Below, one piece after another: positions 1 through 8,750 of a stretch of DNA of 64,000 nt. The notes below the pieces were generated by a model. That model saw only the letters and a program-made list of their open reading frames with translations, was not told where the DNA came from and made no database searches. A program made the position numbers and the translations under genes. Source of the DNA: Patescibacteria group bacterium (lineage in GTDB: Bacteria; Patescibacteriota; CPR2; UBA1875). How positions within the stretch are numbered: the first letter of the stretch is position 1; every line of letters begins with the position of its first letter. The stretch covers positions 9,797 to 73,796 of the forward strand of contig JAQVJW010000002.1 in the NCBI GenBank assembly GCA_028694925.1, in the 5' to 3' direction.

Positions 1-1
1 T

Positions 2-562
2 TCAGCGTCAGAGGAGAGATTTGCCACCCCTGAAGCAGCCTATGAAATACAAGAGGACGAATTACCGGTGGAAATTCCAACAACAGCAAAAGGTTCTCAG
101 CCGATATCATCTGCACTCAAAGTCATTGGTGATATTGGTGAGAGATTGGTTTTGAAGTTTGAGCAAGACACAATTGGAAAGGACAGGCCAGATAAGCTTC
201 CTCTGATAAAGATAGTTTCTAATGATACAAGTCTGGGGTATGACATACAATCAATTAGTGATATAGATTTTAGGGAAAAGAAGTTTATTGAAGTTAAAAC
301 CACGAAGCGAACTTATGCTCCGGCGGAGCAGATTGTTACTTTTTTCCCAATGAGCGGGAACGAATGGGAAACTGCAAAATTGCTAAAAGAATGTTATTAT
401 ATTTACAGAGTATTTCTGACTTCAAAGGGTGTTAATATCTGTGTAATCAAAAATCCGGCGGAAAAGCACGATAAGGGATTAATAATACTCGAACCACTAG
501 ACTATAGGGTAATTTTAAAGGAAGCAGCAATTGATAGAATGCATGAATTAGAGGGGGTTTAG
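2..562 (+). CDS. DUF3883/NO VEIN-C-type PD-(D/E)xK nuclease domain protein, probable restriction endonuclease (5'-truncated by window)
   Basis: Frame is open from base 2. Motifs GDIGE..V, GYDIQS, FIEVKTT, F.MS.NEW and YYIYRV are typical of DUF3883. It lies 3 bp upstream of a C5 methyltransferase. Confidence 0.75.
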   Translation, partial: SASEERFATPEAAYEIQEDELPVEIPTTAKGSQPISSALKVIGDIGERLVLKFEQDTIGKDRPDKLPLIKIVSNDTSLGYDIQSISDIDFREKKFIEVKTTKRTYAPAEQIVTFFPMSGNEWETAKLLKECYYIYRVFLTSKGVNICVIKNPAEKHDKGLIILEPLDYRVILKEAAIDRMHELEGV

Positions 563-565
563 CTA

Positions 566-1528
566 ATGAAGGTTGCATCACTGTTTTGTGGTTGTGGCGG
601 GTCTGATTTGGGACTAGAAGGAGGGTTTGAGTATATTGGCAAAAAATATTCACGCCTACCTTTCAAAGTTGTCTATGCTTTAGACAACGATGTAAAAGCC
701 GTGGCCACCTACAATATTAACTTCAAATTACCAGCTACCTTAGCTTCGATAAAAGACATCGATCCCAGTAGCATTCCCGATCACGATGTACTGGTCGGTG
801 GGTTTCCATGCCAGTCATTTAGTACCGTTAATCCAAATAAGAATCCTTTTGATGAAAGAGCGGGGTTGTATAAGGATATGGCTAAAATATTAAAAATTAA
901 GCAACCTAAAGCTTTTATTGCAGAAAATGTGAAGGGAATGATGACTCTTCACAAAGGTAAGATTTTTGAAAATGTGACCAAAGAGTTTGAAAAACAAGGC
1001 TATAAACTAAACCACTTATTGATTAATGCTGCAGACTTTGGTATTCCACAAAAAAGGCCACGAGTCTTTATTGTTGGTATCCGTAAGGATTTGGGGTTCC
1101 AATATCAATTTCCCCAAAACCCTGTCGATAAGGATAACTGGGTGGGGCTAAGGGCCGTAATCGACAGTCTAGTACCAAGCGACCCAAGGTATTACTTTTC
1201 GGAAAAAGCCGTTATTGGTATGAGAAATGCAAAAAATAACATGAAGAGGGGACTTGCTCAGGATTTAGAGTCCCCATGCCTTACTGTGACTTCGCATCTT
1301 GCCAAGGTAAGTCTTAACTCAAGGGACCCTGTTTTACTGGTTGACCCTAAAAAAGATTTATACCGGAGATTTACTCCACTTGAAGCGGCAAGAATACAAT
1401 CATTTCCTGACGATTTCAAATTTGTTGGCTCGGAAGCTGATGCTTACAGACAAATTGGTAACGCAATACCGCCGGTCGTGATGTGGCACATTGCTAAAGC
1501 ATTAAGCAAACAGCTCACTAATTCTTAG
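566..1528 (+). CDS. DNA (cytosine-5)-methyltransferase of a type II R-M system
   Basis: Motifs I FCGCGG, IV GFPCQSFS, VI ENVKG, VIII PQKRPR, IX EAARIQSFPD and X YRQIGNAIPP. Confidence 0.96.
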   Translation: MKVASLFCGCGGSDLGLEGGFEYIGKKYSRLPFKVVYALDNDVKAVATYNINFKLPATLASIKDIDPSSIPDHDVLVGGFPCQSFSTVNPNKNPFDERAGLYKDMAKILKIKQPKAFIAENVKGMMTLHKGKIFENVTKEFEKQGYKLNHLLINAADFGIPQKRPRVFIVGIRKDLGFQYQFPQNPVDKDNWVGLRAVIDSLVPSDPRYYFSEKAVIGMRNAKNNMKRGLAQDLESPCLTVTSHLAKVSLNSRDPVLLVDPKKDLYRRFTPLEAARIQSFPDDFKFVGSEADAYRQIGNAIPPVVMWHIAKALSKQLTNS

Positions 1529-1674
1529 TTGTCTTGGAGGTGTGTGCACACTTCAAAAAATTGTGACCGGACAACAGGTTCAATATTTAACTTTTAACTT
1601 ATGATTTATCTTTCTCCAAGGCTGATTCATTCTTTGGCTTCATCGTGTTATACTTGAATTTAAAGGAGCTTGCT

Positions 1675-2520
1675 TTGCAAGAGTTTAAATATAAATTTAC
1701 TGAACTATTCAACCCATTGCTGGAGGCGATGCGATCTCTGGGTGGATCAGCAAAGATCAGAGAAATCGAAGATCGTGTTGCCGAAGTTATGTCCTTGTCA
1801 GAAGATGAAATTAGCGACATTCATAGAGGTAATACCACGAAGTTTAGCTATCGATTAGCTTGGGCCAGAACCTATTTGAAACAATTTGGTCTAATGGATA
1901 ACACTTTTTCTGGGGTGTGGATTCTTACTGCTAAAGGAAGAAGAATTAGTAAGGTAGATCCAACAGAGGTAATTAAGGTTAACAGAACTTTCAGTAAGAA
2001 AAACCCAGTTCATCAAAGCGAAATGAATGAAGAGGTTGAGGAAGCGTTTGATTGGCAGGATGAGCTTTTAACTAAGATTAAAACACTCAGCCCCGCTGAT
2101 TTTGAAATTCTTTGTCAGAGGATCCTAAGAGAATCAGGCTTTGAAGAAGTTGTAGTAACAGGTGGCACAGGTGACGGAGGCATCGATGGTATGGGCATTT
2201 TTAAGATGGGTGGTCTTATTGGTTTCCGGGTATATTTTCAATCTAAGAGATACACGGAAAACAGTGTTCCGAGCAAGGATATCACTAGATTTAAGGGAAC
2301 AATGGTGGGCAGAGCTGATAAGGGGTTGTTTATAACTACTAGTAAATTCACAAAATCTGCTAAAGAAGAGGCCAATCGGGATGGGTCTCCGCCAATTGAT
2401 CTCGTTGATGGACGAGATCTGGTTAATATAATGAAAAAACTTGGCATGGGAGTTGAGGTAGTGAATGAGGAAAAGATAAACCTTAACGATGATTGGTTTA
2501 AGAGCAATTTCGATAATTAA
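1675..2520 (+). CDS. mrr: Mrr-family (type IV) restriction endonuclease
   Basis: N-terminal LGGSA...YRLAWARTYLK...GVW.LT.KG. Catalytic GDGGIDG...FQSKRY, KGLFITTS.F and IDLVDG. Likely TTG start at 1675 after AAGGAG (track start 1645). Confidence 0.92.
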   Translation: MQEFKYKFTELFNPLLEAMRSLGGSAKIREIEDRVAEVMSLSEDEISDIHRGNTTKFSYRLAWARTYLKQFGLMDNTFSGVWILTAKGRRISKVDPTEVIKVNRTFSKKNPVHQSEMNEEVEEAFDWQDELLTKIKTLSPADFEILCQRILRESGFEEVVVTGGTGDGGIDGMGIFKMGGLIGFRVYFQSKRYTENSVPSKDITRFKGTMVGRADKGLFITTSKFTKSAKEEANRDGSPPIDLVDGRDLVNIMKKLGMGVEVVNEEKINLNDDWFKSNFDN

Positions 2521-2743
2521 GGTTGCAACTTGCGTTAGAACTTTTTTGTAATAAATAATGTGGTATTTACCTATATGCTACAACAGAAACATAACAATTT
2601 AGTCTTTATCAAGAGAACGAAGGTAGTATAATAGTAACAAACGGAGGTATAGGAGGAATTTATTACTTCTTAAAGGGGTAGAAGGGGACCCATTATAGTG
2701 CTCCATAGTAAGGAGGAAAGACCTTTTATATAAGGTGAAAAAT

Positions 2744-2872
2744 ATGAGTGGAACAAGAGGGAATGGCTTAAAGGCCGCTGAAACAAACAAGAAAAGAAAG
2801 GGAGCCAATTTCTACGGAGAGATTGGCCTCAAGGGCAGACTTAAAATGGGAGTGAAAAAGGATTATGAGTAA
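2744..2872 (+). pseudogene. Truncated copy of KGG-repeat general stress protein
   Basis: Hand translation MSGTRGNGLKAAETNKKRKGANFYGEIGLKGRLKMGVKKDYE* aligns with the first ~40 aa of 3340..3531. Similarity ends at a 1-nt shorter A run. Confidence 0.75.
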
Positions 2873-3167
2873 TTTTATGATAAAAAATATCAGAAAATTA
2901 TTGGGTTTATCGATTAGGTTCATCGGATTGATATATATGTTCTGGATATTAGTGGTTAAATTTCCTCTGTTCTTTGTAGCATTTTATGATTTTAATTTTT
3001 ATGAGGATGTTCTTTCCACATGGGGAGCCGGGTTCATGATTAAATTAGTAATAACTTTACTTTTTTTTGTGCCTGCGATTTTACTATATAAGATTGGAAA
3101 TTTAGTCGAAGGACGCGACTGGGATTATTGGTTCGATGATATAATTAAGAGATTTAGCAAGGAGTAA
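2865..3167 (+). CDS. Hypothetical membrane protein (2 TM)
   Basis: 100-aa ORF with two hydrophobic segments. Confidence 0.6.
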   Translation: MSNFMIKNIRKLLGLSIRFIGLIYMFWILVVKFPLFFVAFYDFNFYEDVLSTWGAGFMIKLVITLLFFVPAILLYKIGNLVEGRDWDYWFDDIIKRFSKE

Positions 3168-3171
3168 ATAT

Positions 3172-3336
3172 ATGACTGTATTGGCAATTTTCTTAGCAAT
3201 CCTTCTGGTGATACTGTTTATAATTTATACAACTGAGACTGAAGAAAAAGATGAGGAAATTGAAATTTTAGAAAACAGAATAACTAGTTTAGAGGGTGAC
3301 ATTGTTAAACTTAAGAAAAAATTTGGAAGAAGGTAA
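3172..3336 (+). CDS. Small membrane-anchored coiled-coil protein (not in ORF track)
   Basis: Hand translation MTVLAIFLAILLVILFIIYTTETEEKDEEIEILENRITSLEGDIVKLKKKFGRR*. AAGGAG lies upstream. Confidence 0.65.
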   Translation: MTVLAIFLAILLVILFIIYTTETEEKDEEIEILENRITSLEGDIVKLKKKFGRR

Positions 3337-3339
3337 AAA

Positions 3340-3531
3340 ATGAGCGGAACTAAAAGGGGCGGTATTAAAGCTGCTGAAACAAACAAGAAAAGACATGGAG
3401 CCAATTTTTACAAAGAGATTGGTGCCAAGGGTGGATTGAAAACTGGTGTGAAAAAAGGATTTGCGGCTAACACCAATCTTGCCCGTCTAGCGGGTCAAAA
3501 AGGTGGAAGGATTTCAAAAAGAAAAGCTTGA
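3340..3531 (+). CDS. KGG-repeat general stress protein (YciG/Con-10-like)
   Basis: FYKEIGAKGG, GFAAN..LAR.AGQKGG. Confidence 0.85.
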   Translation: MSGTKRGGIKAAETNKKRHGANFYKEIGAKGGLKTGVKKGFAANTNLARLAGQKGGRISKRKA

Positions 3532-3562
3532 ATATCTATCAAATAATTTAAAGGTATAACAA

Positions 3563-6229
3563 ATGACAAAAGGACTTTTATTCAAAAAGTTTGTCCTACA
3601 CTTACACACTCCCGGATCAAGTGATTGGAAGGGTGGGAATAAAGCGGCTGAGGATATAGTAAAAAAAGCAATCGAGAAAGAGCTGGCTGCTATAGCAGTC
3701 ACTGATCATAACTCAGGTGATTTTGTCGATGAAATGAAAAAAGCTGCTGAGAAAACTAGTTTAGTGGTATTCCCTGGGGCTGAAATTGTTGCCACGGGCG
3801 GTAAGAAAGGCATACACTTAATTGTCATATTTGACGTCGATAAAAACTCCGCTCATGTAAAAGCTTTTTTAAATACAATTGGGATATATAAAAAAACTGC
3901 TGCCGCAGATAAAACAGTTAATGAGATAGCCCGTAAGCTAGAAGAGTTTGACCCTTCTGCAATTATCATTCTTGCCCACTGCCATTCTAGTAAAGGAGTA
4001 TCTGGCGATATGCAAGGGGAGGTTAGGGCTAACATTTTTAACCAGAAGAATGATTGTATTTTAGCTGCTGAGGCGGCTAGAAGCGACTTTGAAGCTACCG
4101 AGAAAATAGAAAAGCATACAAGAGTCATTGATCTACTCGATGGAAGTAATCCGAACTTCGGGAAGAAAAAGTTAGCCGTTATACAGGCTGCGGATTCTCA
4201 TGATCTGGACTCTGTGGGTGACAAATTTACTTATTTGAAAGTAGATGAAGTAATAACAATTGAAGATTTAAGGCAGGCCTTTATAGATAGGGAGACAAGA
4301 GTGAGGCAACCTTGGGAATATACAGAGAGTCAGTTTCCTAAAATATTGAGGGTAAAAGTTAAGAGCGGATTCCTGGATGGAGAGGAAGTTGAGTTTAATG
4401 ACGGTCTAAACAGTATTATAGGTTCAAAAGGATCTGGTAAATCATTACTAGTTGAATTACTAAGGTTTGCACTTAGCCAGGAATCACACATTAAGGCTGT
4501 TTCAGAGGATCACTTTTCTAAATTAGAGAATTGTTTAAAGTTACATGGGGTAGTAACCGTGACATTTTCAGACAAAACCGGGCATCTGTATGAATTGGAA
4601 AGGACGTATGCACCCTCAAGTGAAAGCCCGACCAGAATAACTGATTTAGAGGACGGGTCAATTAAAAGTTTTGATGTAGAGACCCTCTTCCCTATTTTAT
4701 TCCTAAGCCAAAATGAGGCTATTAGAATCGCAGAGGAGAATGGGGGTGAGAACCAAAGGAGATTTATAGATAGATTCTTCGATTTTCATAAATATCAGTC
4801 GGAGATTAAAAGGCTAAACAAAAGACTAGCTGAAATTGATACTCGCTTCGCTGATGCAATAGAATCAAAGTTTAAGTTAGGAGTTGTTCAAAAAGAGCTT
4901 GCTACATTAGAAGAAGAGGTTGCGAAACTAGATAGGCAAATGAAAAAAGATATATTCGCGGAGTATTCAGAAAAGGAGAAGATTAATATTAGCATCCGGA
5001 GTAAGTTAGATTTTTTCGACTCGTTAGAGTCGGGCCTTGAGTCAATAATAATTGATTACAGGGATATTCAAGAAAATAGTACAGCAACAGATGGGCCAGA
5101 CGATCCAATAATAAAAAGGTCAAACGAGATACTCCAGGGCACAACGAATAGTATAGTTGAGGGCTTATCGGGAATAAAAGATTTGATTGGGGCTGAAAAG
5201 AAAAAATTTAAAGCAGAGGTAGACGATTGGGATAAAAAGTTTAAGTCAATTAAAAATAGTTATCACGACGCTGTTCTAGAGGCCGGAGGTAGTCAGGTTG
5301 TCTTAAACGAACAAAGAGAAGGGGTATTGGCACGTATAAAAGAAAGGAAAAAAGAAGAGGCGTTTCTTAAGAGTAAAACCGTTTTATTGAATTCATTGGC
5401 TGATGAGCGGAAGAGTCTATTACGGGGGCTAGAAGAAACAAGAAAGGCTTATTACGATCAAAGAAAAGAGAGGTGTAAATATTTATCCGAAAAATCTTCT
5501 GGTTTGGTAAAGGTTTCGATTAAGGAGATGGAAGATAAGTCAGTATTTAAACAAAAATTACTTGCATTAAAAAAAGGTTCTTGGATTTCGGACAAGGATA
5601 TGGAAATTATGGCAGAGAAAATTAAGCCCAAAGACCTTGTTAGCTCTCTGATCAACTATGCGAATGGAACCAGAGAAAAAAGTGTTAAAAAAGTAATCTT
5701 AGCAACTGATATTGATGAAAAAACGGTTGAAAAATTATTTGACTTTTTAACAGGGAGTTTAGATGTTAGGGAGATCCTGGCTTTAATGTATGACTCTGTT
5801 CCGGAAGACGTTCCGGTTATTAAATATAAAGTGGGGACGGGGGAATACAGAGAATTAAAGGATCTTTCAACTGGGCAAAAGGCTTCTGCCTTACTGATAG
5901 TCGCTCTGACTGATGGTGACTTCCCAATTATTATCGATCAACCAGAGGATTCGCTGGATCTCGTTTCAATTTGGAATGATGTATGTGAAAACATTAGGAA
6001 AACTAAAGAGAAAAGGCAATTTATTTTTACTACACATAATTCTTCAGTCGCGGTGGCCTCTGACTCCGATAATTATATAATTTTAGAAGCTGATGCTACA
6101 ACCTGTAGAGTTGTTGTATCTGGGTCAAATAATTCTACTGAAGTTAACGATAAAATCGTAAGCTACCTTGAGGGAGGAAAGCCTACCTACGCCCTCAAGA
6201 GGAGAAAATATATCAATAAAAGAAAATAA
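3563..6229 (+). CDS. PHP phosphoesterase fused to coiled-coil ABC/SMC-like ATPase (Ppl/TrlF-like defence protein)
   Basis: PHP motifs LHLHTPGS, VTDHN, FPGAEI, H, AH and DSH. Walker A GSKGSGKS, long coiled coil, signature LSTGQ, Walker B/D-loop IIIDQPEDSLD and H-loop TTHN. Confidence 0.88.
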   Translation: MTKGLLFKKFVLHLHTPGSSDWKGGNKAAEDIVKKAIEKELAAIAVTDHNSGDFVDEMKKAAEKTSLVVFPGAEIVATGGKKGIHLIVIFDVDKNSAHVKAFLNTIGIYKKTAAADKTVNEIARKLEEFDPSAIIILAHCHSSKGVSGDMQGEVRANIFNQKNDCILAAEAARSDFEATEKIEKHTRVIDLLDGSNPNFGKKKLAVIQAADSHDLDSVGDKFTYLKVDEVITIEDLRQAFIDRETRVRQPWEYTESQFPKILRVKVKSGFLDGEEVEFNDGLNSIIGSKGSGKSLLVELLRFALSQESHIKAVSEDHFSKLENCLKLHGVVTVTFSDKTGHLYELERTYAPSSESPTRITDLEDGSIKSFDVETLFPILFLSQNEAIRIAEENGGENQRRFIDRFFDFHKYQSEIKRLNKRLAEIDTRFADAIESKFKLGVVQKELATLEEEVAKLDRQMKKDIFAEYSEKEKINISIRSKLDFFDSLESGLESIIIDYRDIQENSTATDGPDDPIIKRSNEILQGTTNSIVEGLSGIKDLIGAEKKKFKAEVDDWDKKFKSIKNSYHDAVLEAGGSQVVLNEQREGVLARIKERKKEEAFLKSKTVLLNSLADERKSLLRGLEETRKAYYDQRKERCKYLSEKSSGLVKVSIKEMEDKSVFKQKLLALKKGSWISDKDMEIMAEKIKPKDLVSSLINYANGTREKSVKKVILATDIDEKTVEKLFDFLTGSLDVREILALMYDSVPEDVPVIKYKVGTGEYRELKDLSTGQKASALLIVALTDGDFPIIIDQPEDSLDLVSIWNDVCENIRKTKEKRQFIFTTHNSSVAVASDSDNYIILEADATTCRVVVSGSNNSTEVNDKIVSYLEGGKPTYALKRRKYINKRK

Positions 6230-6233
6230 GGTG

Positions 6234-7040
6234 ATGAATGTAGAAAAGGGACCACTCGAGCAATCATATGAACTCGCCAATCTTGCTACTTTTGATGCGA
6301 CTGCTTTTGTGGGAGACGAGTCAGCATCTCAAGAGCTTTGTGACTTTATTTTGACGTTGGCAGTTATGTGCAATGAGCTGAAAGATTTGTCGAACATTAA
6401 AAAAGAAATTATAACAACCAGTCCAGTTAAGATAGACTCCCAATTGATTACTCCTCAAAAGGGTAATCTGGGGGGTTATTTGGCATTTATTTTGAGATTA
6501 TATATCTTGAAAGTTTATGAAATGTCGGAATTATTTCGTTCAAGTCTAGTTCTAATAGAATCAAGTCAATTTGAGGTTTATCTTAAAAAAATTAGCAAAA
6601 AACAAAGAGAAATGTGGGACTCTTCAGTAGCAATGCTTACCAATAATAAGGCCGACGGTAAGTTTAATAAGGTATTAACAGTCGTGAGACACAAGACAGC
6701 CGGACATTGCGAGGCCAAAGAAATAGCTAAGGGATATCGTTTTTATTTTATAGATAGAAAAGGTATGGAGCCTTACATTTCGTTTGGTGATGGTATACCG
6801 TCAACCAGGTTTCATTTTGCAGATGCGGCAATGGAAGGCTACCTACTTAAGAAACACAAAGATCTTTCGGCGGGGTATATTGAAAAGGAAATGGATGAGC
6901 TAATTAGCTATCTGTACAATTCGGTCTGGTTGTTAGTAGGTAAGTTTGTTAATTCCAGGAGTTCTTGGAAAAAACCGACCGAAGACAAATTGCCTGAGCC
7001 AGAGGGTTTTGGGGTTAAGGGTTTAAGGTCAAAGTTATAA
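6234..7040 (+). CDS. Helical protein with candidate HEPN RNase motif (AbiU2-like)
   Basis: ATG is 4 bp after the ATPase stop. Predicted all-alpha, with R-H-K-T-A-G-H fitting Rx4-6H. Confidence 0.55.
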   Translation: MNVEKGPLEQSYELANLATFDATAFVGDESASQELCDFILTLAVMCNELKDLSNIKKEIITTSPVKIDSQLITPQKGNLGGYLAFILRLYILKVYEMSELFRSSLVLIESSQFEVYLKKISKKQREMWDSSVAMLTNNKADGKFNKVLTVVRHKTAGHCEAKEIAKGYRFYFIDRKGMEPYISFGDGIPSTRFHFADAAMEGYLLKKHKDLSAGYIEKEMDELISYLYNSVWLLVGKFVNSRSSWKKPTEDKLPEPEGFGVKGLRSKL

Positions 7041-7058
7041 AGTCGTTCCTATATTTTC

Positions 7059-7135
7059 GCCAAATGGAACACATATCAAATAGACCATTTTATCGGCCTA
7101 TTTCTAATAATGACACAGGAAACTACCATGCTGAG
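7059..7135. repeat. Dispersed intergenic repeat, copy A
   Basis: 49 of the first 56 aligned columns match 19626..19681 by hand alignment. Weaker similarity continues for about 25 nt. Confidence 0.8.
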
Positions 7136-7255
7136 GTAAAAGTTTCTTATTGTTATTATGTACTGTGAGGATTTTTCCTTAAAATTAAAAGATATGCAGA
7201 AGATCGCTCCACCTCAGCATATGTTTACAAAGTAAACCTATTTACCTCCCTAAAA

Positions 7256-7325
7256 AACGTGAATATGTAGCAAAATTGTTATAGATTCACGTTATATTGA
7301 CAAATAATCGTGAATTATATATAAT
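7256..7325 (+). promoter_or_regulatory. Sigma70 promoter with overlapping operator repeats for fic
   Basis: TTGACA(7297)-17-TATAAT(7320). Inverted half-sites AACGTGAAT, ATTCACGTT and ATCGTGAAT flank the -35. Confidence 0.75.
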
Positions 7326-7337
7326 AAATATAGTATT

Positions 7338-8228
7338 ATGGCAATTTCTAAAAATATTAGAAAAAATCTAAACAATCTTAAACGAGAGTATGATTCCTTA
7401 AAGAAGGGCAAAGAATCTCTTTTGGATATGCTATTTGAGGTAGAAATTCCAGAGTCAGTCTATAACTCTAACGCTATTGAAAACTCAACCCTAACCATCA
7501 AAGAAACAGAAAAGATATTAATGGAGATGGAGGTTTCTAGGGATGTCTCTGTACGTGAAGTCTTTGAAGCAAAAAACTTGGCAAAAGTCTTTGAATTTAT
7601 TAAGGCCCAATCCCAAAAAGATAATTTGGATAAAGAGTTTATTTTACTAATCCATAAAATGTTAATTGATAATATTAATGGAAATATTGCTGGAAGATTT
7701 AGAAAACCCGGTGAATATGTCCGAGTTGGTACTCATATTGCCCCAGCACCAGAACAGGTACCAGACCTTATAGAGTCAGCTCTGTTGGAATATTCTAGTA
7801 ATTTAAACTCCTATTTTCTGGAAAAAATTCCCAAGTTTCACCTAGAGTTCGAAGATATACATCCTTTCTGCGACGGCAATGGGCGTATTGGCAGAGTAAT
7901 CCTTAACTATCAACTAATGGATCTTGGATTTCCGCCTATTATTATAAGGGATAAAGAAAAAGCTGATTATTACCAATCATTCAGGGAATACAATATTAAG
8001 AATAAAACTGACCAAATGGAAAGGGTTTGCTATCTAGCGCTTCTAGAGTCTTTTCATAAAAGAATTACCTATTTAAAGGGTCAAAAAATCATTACATTGG
8101 CAGATTATGCTAAAAGAAATAAGGAGCCACTTAATGCCCTTTCTAATCGAGCTAAAAGACAAACGATACCTGCCTTTAGGGAAAAAGGCATCTGGAAGAT
8201 TGGTAAGGAGTATAAGAAATATCTCTAA
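7338..8228 (+). CDS. Fic family protein with C-terminal HTH-like extension
   Basis: HPFCDGNGRIGR, plus inhibitory motif SNAIEN. Confidence 0.93.
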   Translation: MAISKNIRKNLNNLKREYDSLKKGKESLLDMLFEVEIPESVYNSNAIENSTLTIKETEKILMEMEVSRDVSVREVFEAKNLAKVFEFIKAQSQKDNLDKEFILLIHKMLIDNINGNIAGRFRKPGEYVRVGTHIAPAPEQVPDLIESALLEYSSNLNSYFLEKIPKFHLEFEDIHPFCDGNGRIGRVILNYQLMDLGFPPIIIRDKEKADYYQSFREYNIKNKTDQMERVCYLALLESFHKRITYLKGQKIITLADYAKRNKEPLNALSNRAKRQTIPAFREKGIWKIGKEYKKYL

Positions 8229-8315
8229 TGAGTGCTAGTATGTTTAGTTTAGGTGACATATAGGATTATTGCAGAACCTTCATTATCAGCGCTATAATGT
8301 ATAAAAGGAGGGAAA

Positions 8316-8738
8316 ATGAAAATATATTCAATTATTGTTACAATTGTAGCTGTTATCGCTATTTTAGCGGCTGGTTTTCTGGGCTATCAGTACCAAGACC
8401 TTCAAAAACAAAAAAAGGCCGTCGAAGATGATATGAATGAAGTCCAACAAGAATTAGAGGGAGCCCGATTGAGCGTCACTAATCTGGAGACAACGGTTGT
8501 GGCTCTTGAATCTACGGTGGGCTCATTTCAGCCTGTTGGCGACACGACAATTGGCTCGTTTATACCCGTAAGGGCAACTGAATCACGTCAAAAAATAGAA
8601 GAGATAACAGACGAAAAAGATAGAGAGATAGTACTAGAAGGATGGGATCTTTTTTACGAATCAAGACGCTTGAATGATTTTCAGCATCTATTAGAAAAAT
8701 TTACCGAGACTCTCGGTAGAAGCCTAGATAATATCTAG
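8316..8738 (+). CDS. Hypothetical membrane-anchored coiled-coil protein
   Basis: N-terminal TM followed by heptad repeats. SD AAGGAGG. Confidence 0.7.
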   Translation: MKIYSIIVTIVAVIAILAAGFLGYQYQDLQKQKKAVEDDMNEVQQELEGARLSVTNLETTVVALESTVGSFQPVGDTTIGSFIPVRATESRQKIEEITDEKDREIVLEGWDLFYESRRLNDFQHLLEKFTETLGRSLDNI

Positions 8739-8750
8739 CCTCATATATAG

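Noticed and set aside
2521-2743. Intergenic region with several GGAGG-like words; 2599..2808 minus ORF
   Set aside because: No convincing ORF follows the SD-like words and there is no clear structure. It is probably a promoter or decayed DNA.
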